Program-made: the position numbers and the translations under genes
Notes under the pieces: generated by a model
Database searches by the model: none
Seen by the model: the letters and a program-made list of their open reading frames with translations, nothing else
What the model was told of the DNA's origin: nothing
Assembly: GCA_005777805.1 (NCBI GenBank)
Contig: SXLG01000020.1
Coordinates: 1-58,014 of the forward strand
Direction: 5' to 3'
Length of the DNA stretch: 58,014 nucleotides
DNA from: Pseudomonadota bacterium
GTDB taxonomy: Bacteria > Desulfobacterota > Binatia > UBA12015
Shown here: piece after piece, positions 48,008 to 55,727 of the stretch
Layout of the letters: the number at the start of each line of letters is the position of its first letter
Numbering within the stretch: position 1 is the stretch's first letter

Positions 48008-50836
48008 TCAGTCCTCGCAGCGGAGCAGAAGCTTGTCGTTGTCGCGCAGTCGTCGCGAGCCGTTCTGCGCGTCGGCGGCGAGTCGGATGCGAAGGGTTTG
48101 CCGAGCCGGCAGGTCGAGTTCGGTCATCGGCGTGCAGCTCTCTCCGGCGGGCGTAATCAGCGGTGACGCCGCCAGCCCGGCCAGCAGGTCGAGCCGGCCC
48201 GTGATCTCCCAGGGGCGCCGTGCCCCGGCGTGCGGCACGGTCAAGTCCAGTGCCAGCACCGGACGCGCCGGGCAGCCCGCCACGAGGTCCTCGCCACCCG
48301 AACACGACCACAGGCGCAGACGGCACGAGCCGACGGCCTCATCAAAGTCACAATCCGGATCGTCGTCATGGCAGACGACCTGGTTGCCCGGCGCGCCGTT
48401 GCGGTCCGTTTTGAGTGTGGCCGGATTGACTTCAAGGGACCACTGGTGGGTGCAGTCCGTGGCCTGCGGCCCACCGCCTGCGATGCGCAGCTCGGGCGGC
48501 AGGACCTGGCAGCTCTCCGCACAACGACTCTCGCTGGTGGCGTTGGCGTCGCCGTCGTCGCATTGCTCGGTACACTCGGCGATGCCGTCGCCGCAGCCCT
48601 CGACGCGGCAATTGGCCGAACAGCCGTCGCAGCCGGTCGTGTTCCCGTCTTCACAGGCTTCGCCGGGGGAGAGCGTGCCGTCGCCGCAGACCGCATCGTT
48701 CTCGGTGCAGGTCAGGCGTATGAGATTCTTCTTCATGAGCGAGCCGTCGACACCGCGCGCCGCCAGATTCACGGTGCGCTTGCCGGACTTGCCGATGCGG
48801 ATCGGGACCTCGAGGTCGAATTGCGGGGTGCAGCTCTCGGGCGTCTCGATGGCCGGGCCCGACTGGAGGACGCGATCACCCGAGCGGACATCGCCCCCGA
48901 GCGACATGAGCGCCTCGGCGATGCGGTCGGCATTGGCGAGATCGATCGGGTCGCTGCCCACATCCACGCGCGGGCGACGAAGCTTGACAAAGTCGAGCGC
49001 GGCCGTGCTGCAGCCCGATGCGGTTTCGTCCGGGGCGCGGACGCAGGTCCGTGCCCGGAAGCTGCAGCTTCGGTTGATGCGGCCGTCGGTGTCGCACTCG
49101 GGATCGCCGTCCATGCAGGATTGCCGCTCGTAGGGATGGCTGGTGCGCGGGTTGATGCGGGCGTTGCCGAGTTGGAGGCCCCACTGCACCAGACACGAGC
49201 CGACGACCCGCTCGCTCAGGAAGCGCACTTCCGTGAGGCCGGTCGGGGTGCAGTCGGCGTCACAGCCATCGCCGTCGATGGCGTTGCCGTCGTCGCATTG
49301 CTCCGTGCATTCAGGCGTGCCGTCGCCGCAGACGCCCTCGATCTCCTGGCAGGTCGCCGAGCAACCGTCGCAGCCGATCAGGTTGCCGTCGTCGCAGACC
49401 TCGCCCGCGTCGAGGGCACCGTTGCCGCAGCCGGCGGCGCAGTCAGCGAGCGTCGAATCCACGATCAGCACGGGGCTCGGAGTGACGGTTCCAGTGATCA
49501 CCGGCGCCACGGTCTTGTAGCGCAGCTCGTTGCCGTCGGAGGCGGTCAAGGTCCCGCGCAACGTCATCGCGCCGCTGGCGCGCAGGAGGTTTCTGCCGAC
49601 GCCGGGAAATGCGAACCGGCCCGAGCTGTCGATGGAGCCACCGGGGGCCAGATCAATCTCGCATGCAGTCACCTCGAGCAGGCCGCCGAAGCCATCGGTG
49701 CTGGTGCCGCGGAGGTCGACTGTGTCTTCAAAGGTAATCTTGCGCTGGGTGCCCGCGATCATCATTCCACCGCTGCCGGGGGAATTGAGGTTGATGGCGC
49801 CCAGTCGCACATCCCCGCCCGCGCTGATCGTCATGAGGCCGCCGTAGCCGTAGCCCCCGGCACCGGTGAGGTCCGACGAGCTGCCGGGCTCCATCGTGAA
49901 GGTGGCGCCGGTGAGCACGGTGATTTCGCCCCCGCCGCATTGGTAGCCGCCCCCGAGATTGATCGCGCCCGACTGTGTGACGTCGCTGGCCGCGTCGATC
50001 GTCACCATGGCGCCGTCGCCGCAAGCTTCCATGTCGCCCGAGCCGCCGGTGCCCTTGATCTCGCCCGTCTGGGCGAGGGTGACCGCGCCCAGGCGGGCGA
50101 TCAAATCGACGGATTCACCGTAAGCGTCGGCGCCGATGCCGCTTACGTCGATCCGCGCGGCGACAGTGATGTCTCCGCCCGTGCTCTCGAGAGTGATGGC
50201 GCCGGCTCCGCCCTGGCCTGGAGCGAAGATGTCGGCGTTCAGGTCGATCGGCCCACCGGCCACCACCGAGAGCTCTCCCGCCGACCCGTAGAGGCCCGTG
50301 GCGTCAAGGATGAGCTTCTGGGAGATCGTCACCCGGCCACCGGCCGCGATGTCGACGAGGCCGCCCATGGCTTCGGGGCCAGGGGCACCGGCGTCGATCT
50401 GGCCGTCCAGCAACGCGTCTTCGCTGGCGTCGATGGTGAGCAGGCCAGCGAAGCTGCTGCGCAGGTCGATTTTTGATTTGTTGGCGCCGCTCGATTGCAA
50501 TTCGAAGTCGCCGTTGGTGGCTTCGAGGACGAGATGGGAATCATCGCCACCGCCGTCGATCCGTGCGCCCGGCTCGAGGACGATCGACGCCGCGTGGATC
50601 GAGACCGAGCGCGGTGCCGTGCCCGGGCCGATGGTGAGAGTACGGCCTGCGCCGATCCGCAGTGCGACCGCACCGAAGTCGAGATGCGCCCCCGCGTCGA
50701 GGGTTGCGTTGGCGGAGATCACACACGGGTTCCCCGTGCAGAGATCGCCCGGCGTTGTGGCGGTGCTCGGGCGCGGCAGGACGAGCACGATCGCCCAGGA
50801 CACTGCCGCGAAGACTGTGAAGAAACGATTGTTCAA
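48008..50836 (-). CDS. Large secreted/surface protein: beta-helix-like N-region, Myxococcus Cys-rich (DUF4215) repeats, two Cys-rich domains
   Basis: Signal peptide; CG(N/D)G...E.C(D/E)DG...C repeats x4; CxDxDPxCDxD x2; GGAGA RBS before TTG 50836, CATAAT upstream. Confidence 0.8.
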   Translation of the reverse strand: MNNRFFTVFAAVSWAIVLVLPRPSTATTPGDLCTGNPCVISANATLDAGAHLDFGAVALRIGAGRTLTIGPGTAPRSVSIHAASIVLEPGARIDGGGDDSHLVLEATNGDFELQSSGANKSKIDLRSSFAGLLTIDASEDALLDGQIDAGAPGPEAMGGLVDIAAGGRVTISQKLILDATGLYGSAGELSVVAGGPIDLNADIFAPGQGGAGAITLESTGGDITVAARIDVSGIGADAYGESVDLIARLGAVTLAQTGEIKGTGGSGDMEACGDGAMVTIDAASDVTQSGAINLGGGYQCGGGEITVLTGATFTMEPGSSSDLTGAGGYGYGGLMTISAGGDVRLGAINLNSPGSGGMMIAGTQRKITFEDTVDLRGTSTDGFGGLLEVTACEIDLAPGGSIDSSGRFAFPGVGRNLLRASGAMTLRGTLTASDGNELRYKTVAPVITGTVTPSPVLIVDSTLADCAAGCGNGALDAGEVCDDGNLIGCDGCSATCQEIEGVCGDGTPECTEQCDDGNAIDGDGCDADCTPTGLTEVRFLSERVVGSCLVQWGLQLGNARINPRTSHPYERQSCMDGDPECDTDGRINRSCSFRARTCVRAPDETASGCSTAALDFVKLRRPRVDVGSDPIDLANADRIAEALMSLGGDVRSGDRVLQSGPAIETPESCTPQFDLEVPIRIGKSGKRTVNLAARGVDGSLMKKNLIRLTCTENDAVCGDGTLSPGEACEDGNTTGCDGCSANCRVEGCGDGIAECTEQCDDGDANATSESRCAESCQVLPPELRIAGGGPQATDCTHQWSLEVNPATLKTDRNGAPGNQVVCHDDDPDCDFDEAVGSCRLRLWSCSGGEDLVAGCPARPVLALDLTVPHAGARRPWEITGRLDLLAGLAASPLITPAGESCTPMTELDLPARQTLRIRLAADAQNGSRRLRDNDKLLLRCED

Positions 50837-51031
50837 GATGCGATCTCCGGCAGCGGTGGGCCCCACCACGCCAACGGCAGGAGAACTTCGATTATGGATT
50901 CCCGCCGGTTCGCCGGAAGGCGGCCGACGGGTCAGTCCTATCACGCCTGGAAAAGCTCCAGCAACGAGGAAAATAGCGACTGCCTCCCGAAAAGTGGGAT
51001 GAGCGTCCGGGATCGCGAGGGAGGGGGCGGG

Positions 51032-52120
51032 TCAGGGGCGCAGCCGGGCGTCCGCTGCGGCCGACGCCCGGTCGAGCGCCCGGCGGATCAGGGGCGCGGT
51101 CGCGTCGATCCCCGAGAAACCCGCCCCGACGGTGCGACCGGCGAGGAAGCGCGCGCGGATGCCTTCGGCGATCACGGCGAGCTTCAAGAGCGAAAACACC
51201 TCATAAAAATCGGTTGCGCCCACACAGATGCCACGTGCCTGCGCATAGCGTTCGGCGAGTTCGCGGCGCGTCAAAAAACCGGGGAGAGCGGTCGATGCCA
51301 TGGCGTCCTGCAATCCGCCGCCTGTGCCGAGATCGCCGGGCTCGCCCCAGTAGATCAAGAGCCAACCGAGGTCGGCCAGCGGGTCGCCAAGCGTGGCCAT
51401 CTCCCAGTCGAGGACAGCGACGAGCCGTGGCGGGCTCTGCGGCGCGAGCATCAGATTGCCGAGCCGGAAGTCGCCGTGGACGATCGTGGCGTCCCCCGAG
51501 GCGGGTCGCGTGCTCTCGAGCAGCGTGAGCACGCGCTCGACTTCGGGCAGATCGCGCGTCCGCGAGGCTTCCCACTGACGGCGCCAGCGCGCGAGCTGGC
51601 GTTCGAGGTAACCCTCGGGTCGGCCGAAACCGGCGAGTCCCCGCTCGCGCCAGTCGATCGAATGGAGCCGGACGAGCGTGTCGATCACGATTTCGGAGAG
51701 CTGGCGCCGCTCGTCGTGGGTCTCGGCCAGTCCCGCCGGCAAGGCCGCCTCGACGACGATTCCGTGGCGGTACTCCATCACGTAGAAGGGCGCGCCGAGG
51801 ACACTCGGGTCTTCGCAAAGCATGAGCGGCCGTGGCACCGGCACATCGCTCGTGGCCAGGGCCGAGAGGATGCGGAACTCGCGCGCCATGTCGTGCGCGG
51901 TCGGCAGGACGTGGCCGAGTGGCGGGCGGCGCAGCACCCACGCCCCGGCAGCGTTCTCGATCAGGTAGGTCAGGTTCGAGCGGCCGCCCGAGAGCAGCCG
52001 GGCCCGCAGCGGTGCGTCGGCGCCGGCGATCGTGGGTGCCAGCAACGGGCGGAGGATGGCGCAGTCGATCCCCGGGGGGTCTTTCTGATCGCTCGGGGCG
52101 CCGTCATCTTCCTGCTGCAT
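51032..52120 (-). CDS. Phosphotransferase family protein (APH/ACAD10-like kinase)
   Basis: GGRSNLTY, VLRRPP, AHDMARE, HGDFRLGN, LDWEMATLGDPLADLG. Confidence 0.9.
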   Translation of the reverse strand: MQQEDDGAPSDQKDPPGIDCAILRPLLAPTIAGADAPLRARLLSGGRSNLTYLIENAAGAWVLRRPPLGHVLPTAHDMAREFRILSALATSDVPVPRPLMLCEDPSVLGAPFYVMEYRHGIVVEAALPAGLAETHDERRQLSEIVIDTLVRLHSIDWRERGLAGFGRPEGYLERQLARWRRQWEASRTRDLPEVERVLTLLESTRPASGDATIVHGDFRLGNLMLAPQSPPRLVAVLDWEMATLGDPLADLGWLLIYWGEPGDLGTGGGLQDAMASTALPGFLTRRELAERYAQARGICVGATDFYEVFSLLKLAVIAEGIRARFLAGRTVGAGFSGIDATAPLIRRALDRASAAADARLRP

Positions 52121-52183
52121 CGGCGGGGATTCTTGCCAGACGGCGAAGTGCGACGCGAGGGGTTGTGCGCTGGCGGAAGAGAT

Positions 52184-52321
52184 CGAGTTCGCTGGGGGAG
52201 AGGGCGGGCCGGAGGTCCGCGCACCCAGGGCACATGGGTTGGGGGTGGAGAGCATTGAGCCCGCCGGGGGGAGAGGGCGGGCCGGAGGCCCGCGCACCCA
52301 GAGTACCGCCCCGGCGGGCTC
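52184..52321. repeat. REP-like duplicated G-rich element (73-bp period) with a nested stem-loop
   Basis: GGGGGAGAGGGCGGGCCGGAGG(T/C)CCGCGCACCCAG twice; 13-bp perfect IR at 52257-52269/52309-52321 enclosing GCGGGCC-GGA-GGCCCGC. Confidence 0.75.
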
Positions 52322-52328
52322 TTCTACA

Positions 52329-53078
52329 TTACTTCTTGACTGCGGCGGCCGCCGTCGGCTCCGGCGCGGCCACGATCTCGAGCAACTCGACCTCGAAGAC
52401 CAGCGTCGAGCCCGGCTTGATGCGCGGCGGTGCGCCGCGGTCGCCGTAAGCGATTTCTGGCGGACAGACGAGGCGCGCTTTGCCGCCCGCCTTCATCAGC
52501 GCCAGGCCTTCGGTCCAGCACGGGACCACGCCGCTAAGCGGGAAGGTCGCGGGCTGGCCGCGTCCATACGAGCTGTCGAACTCGGTACCGTCCGTCAGCA
52601 TCCCCTTGTAGTGAACCTTGACGCGGTCGCTCTTGGTCGGCTGGGCGCCCGAGCCGGCCTGGGTCTCTTCGTAGATCAGACCCGACGTCGTCACCTTGAC
52701 GCCGTCCTTCTGCGCGGCCTCGTCGCGGTAGGCCTTGCCGCGGGTCTTCTCGCGTTCGGCCGCGACCTTCTGCCGCTCGAGTCCGAGCGCGCGGAAAGCA
52801 TCGCGCTGATCTTCGGGCTTGACGCGCAGGGGCTTGTTCTGGATCGCATCGACGAGACCCTTCTGTACCTGGGCGAGTTCGTCTGCTGTCAGCTCGAAGG
52901 GGCTCAGGTTCTGGGCGACAGCCGCGCCCAGTGCGTAGAAGGTGTCATTGTCGATCTTTGGTGGGGCCTTCGGTGCGGCTCCCGGCGCGGCCATTTCGTG
53001 CTGCGCCAGAGCTTGCGACCCCGTCGCGAGCCAGAACGAGGCTGCCAGAAGGGCCATCGCCCGGATACGTGCCTGCAT
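52329..53078 (-). CDS. FKBP-type peptidyl-prolyl cis-trans isomerase (FkpA/Mip-like), exported
   Basis: Signal peptide, TTSGLIY, VKVHYKG.L.DGTEFDSS, P.IAYG, STLVFEVELL. Confidence 0.95.
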   Translation of the reverse strand: MQARIRAMALLAASFWLATGSQALAQHEMAAPGAAPKAPPKIDNDTFYALGAAVAQNLSPFELTADELAQVQKGLVDAIQNKPLRVKPEDQRDAFRALGLERQKVAAEREKTRGKAYRDEAAQKDGVKVTTSGLIYEETQAGSGAQPTKSDRVKVHYKGMLTDGTEFDSSYGRGQPATFPLSGVVPCWTEGLALMKAGGKARLVCPPEIAYGDRGAPPRIKPGSTLVFEVELLEIVAAPEPTAAAAVKK

Positions 53079-53508
53079 GTTTGCTGCCTTCCCTTTCCTT
53101 CATCGGCCGAGCGGGCCGAGACTCCGTTGAACGAAGCCCCGCCGCGGGACTTCAAGGGGGGCAGGGTTTCATACGGAGGGTGCCGCCTGCAAATCTGCAC
53201 GCGGCAGCGGTCTGCCCCGCGATCGAGAGATCGGTCCGACCGCGAGGCTGGAGCGCGGCGGCCGACGCGTTGTGGGGGCAGCCCGGGGTCGGGTCGCTCC
53301 GGGAGGACGTCGGGCGATCCCCGCAGCGGCGGCACCCGCCCGGCACGGAGTTCCGGCCTTGCTGCGGTAGTCCCCCGCGGCGTGCGCTCGACCTCCCTCG
53401 CTACGCCGGGTCAGAGGGCGACGTCGGGATCGGGGATGCCCTGCCACCCAGCGGGCGTGCCGAGCCAAGGCCGAGCGCCGCTTCGACAACGCACCCGGCG
53501 CGCGCAGA

Positions 53509-54566
53509 TCAGGCAGCCTCCCAGAGCGTGCGCAGGAGGACCGCGAACATTCCGTTGCGAAAGTCGATCGTGGCGCTGCCATCTATAGAGCACGACGCCG
53601 ACGACGAAGCGTCGTCCCGCCAAATCCCGAAACTTGCGCAGCCCGCGGAAGTCGGCCTCGCCGACGGTTGCTGCCGCCCTCACCTCGATACCGGCCACGG
53701 CCGAATGCCCCTGCTCCACGACGATGTCCATCTCGAAATCGTCGCGGTCACGGAAGTGGAAGAAGGCGGGGGGCTCGGCGCGCGCACTCGCCTGCCGGCG
53801 TAGTTCCTGGAGCACGAAGGTCTCCAGTATCGGGCCCAGCAACGCCCGGTCCTTGTCGAGCGTTGCGGCATCGACACCGAGCAGCGAGCAGGCAATCCCG
53901 GTGTCCGTCATGTGGAGCTTGGGTCTCTTGACCATCCGGCTCAGTCGATTCGTGTGCCAGGACGGCAGCAACTCGAGCAGGAAGATCCGTTCGAGCGACG
54001 TGACGTATTCGTGGATGGTCGGGCGGCTCACTTCGAAAAGTGCCGCCAGCTCAGCGATATTGGCCAGCCGTGCCGTCTGCGCAGCCGCCAACGCGAGCAG
54101 TTTCGGCAGGGCGTCGAGCGAACGGATGCGCGTGAGGTCGCGCACATCGCGCTGGATCTGCGCTTCGACATGATCGCGGTACCAGACACGACGCCGTGCC
54201 GGAGATCGCCGTGTCAGGGCGGCGGGATACCCGCCGCTTGCGATTCTCTCTGCCAGCCCGATCCCCGGACGTTCCGCGATCCCGGTCTTGAATCGACCGC
54301 CAAACAGCGCGTCGATGAAATGCGGTTTTATGGTGAAGACCATTCACGAACCCGACCGGATCGTTGCTCGCGGCGCGCCGGATCGCCTCGTCGTCGAACG
54401 TGACGTATCGGTAGCCACGCGGCTCCCCGACGATGCGCGCCAAGGTCGTTTTGCCGCACTGGCGCGGGCCGTGGATCAGCCGGCCGGGGTATCGCCAAGC
54501 GCCTCGCGCAGACGGGGCGCGACGTGGCACGGGCGGGGCGTGGTGGCTCGAGGCACGGCGGATCAT
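53509..54566 (-). pseudogene. AAA+ ATPase / DUF4143 (HTH + PD-(D/E)XK-like) pseudogene
   Basis: HGPRQCGKTT Walker A, GGYP, PKLHMTDTG, EMD..VE...GIEVR; frameshift near 54480, internal deletion near 54335 removing Walker B, frameshift near 53584. Confidence 0.85.
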
Positions 54567-54578
54567 TGATCTTCCGGG

Positions 54579-54639
54579 CGGCTGAATGCAGGTCTGGATC
54601 TCGGCTGAATGTAAATTCGCAGGGCGGCTAAATGCAAGT
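54579..54639. promoter_or_regulatory. Three direct repeats at an exact 23-bp period upstream of the AAA+/DUF4143 gene
   Basis: CGGCTGAATGCA (54579), CGGCTGAATGTA (54602), CGGCTAAATGCA (54625). Confidence 0.8.
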
Positions 54640-54674
54640 TTACCGGGCCGCCCGGTTCGCCGTCGGGCCCGCCA

Positions 54675-55577
54675 TCAGGGCGACCCCTGCAGCGGTGAGC
54701 CCTTCGTGGCGCCCGCACGCGGCAGTACCCTCTGGACAAATCCGAGGATGGCGCGGGCCGTCGCCTCGGGGTGCTCGAGGTGGGGGTGATGGCCCGAGTC
54801 GGCGAGGCGGACCCGCTCCGCTGTCAGTGCCGCAACTCTATGGTCGATGTCGAGCGCCGCTGCCGAGAGCAGGCTCCGGCCCCCCTCGAGATAGAGCACC
54901 GGACAGTCGACCCGCTGCCAGAAGTGCGTGGCCTGGGCGGCGTAGAAGGGCTGCGGCGAGCGTGTTCGGTGCAGCGGATCGACCTTCCAGCAGCGCTCCC
55001 GGCCACTCGGACGGGTGCCGTGCAGCGCCATGTGCCGCACCGCTTCAGCCGGCCAGAGCGGGAAGTTACGCGCCAGTCGGCGCTCGGCCGCAGCGAGACT
55101 CAGCGTGCGCTGTGCGTGGTCTCGGAGCATGTCGCCCGTCAGGTCATCAATCCAGCCGGCGAAGCGCTCGGGTGCCGTGGCCGGGGTGCTGTCCGGCGGC
55201 CCGAGGCCCTCGATATTGACCAGTGCCGCGACCCGTCCGGGCTCGGTGCCGGCGTAGAGCAGGCAGGCGTTGCCGCCCATCGAGTGTCCGACCAGCACCG
55301 CGGGTTCGCCGAGCGCGCGCACGACGAAAGCCAGGTCCGCGATGTAGTCGGCGAAATGGTAGTAGCCGCCGGCCCCGACTCGATCCGAATCGCCGTGTCC
55401 GCGCCAGTCGAGGGCGACCGGGTGAAATCCAGCGCTTGCCAGATGGGGCGCGACGAAATCCCAGACGTGGGCGTGCTCCATGAAGCCGTGCGCCAGCACC
55501 ACCAGCGGACCCGTCCCGCCGTGGTCGAGCAGGTGCAGCTCGATGCTGTTCGGACCCGCGATGCGGAGATCACGCAC
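54675..55577 (-). CDS. Alpha/beta fold hydrolase
   Basis: LAHGF, DWRGHGDS, GHSMGG, SGHHPHLE; start approximate. Confidence 0.9.
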   Translation of the reverse strand: MRDLRIAGPNSIELHLLDHGGTGPLVVLAHGFMEHAHVWDFVAPHLASAGFHPVALDWRGHGDSDRVGAGGYYHFADYIADLAFVVRALGEPAVLVGHSMGGNACLLYAGTEPGRVAALVNIEGLGPPDSTPATAPERFAGWIDDLTGDMLRDHAQRTLSLAAAERRLARNFPLWPAEAVRHMALHGTRPSGRERCWKVDPLHRTRSPQPFYAAQATHFWQRVDCPVLYLEGGRSLLSAAALDIDHRVAALTAERVRLADSGHHPHLEHPEATARAILGFVQRVLPRAGATKGSPLQGSP

Positions 55578-55727
55578 CCCGCCTCGGGTAGCAGGGGCCA
55601 GTCTGCCCGACAGGCCCTGCCGCACCGGGATTCCGGCTCGCGCCCGCGTGCCCGAGGGAGTGCTTCGGTCGCCCGGTCGTGCCGTCGTGTTTCGGCCCGC
55701 GCCCGCCCGACTGCCCCTGCTGCGGGG

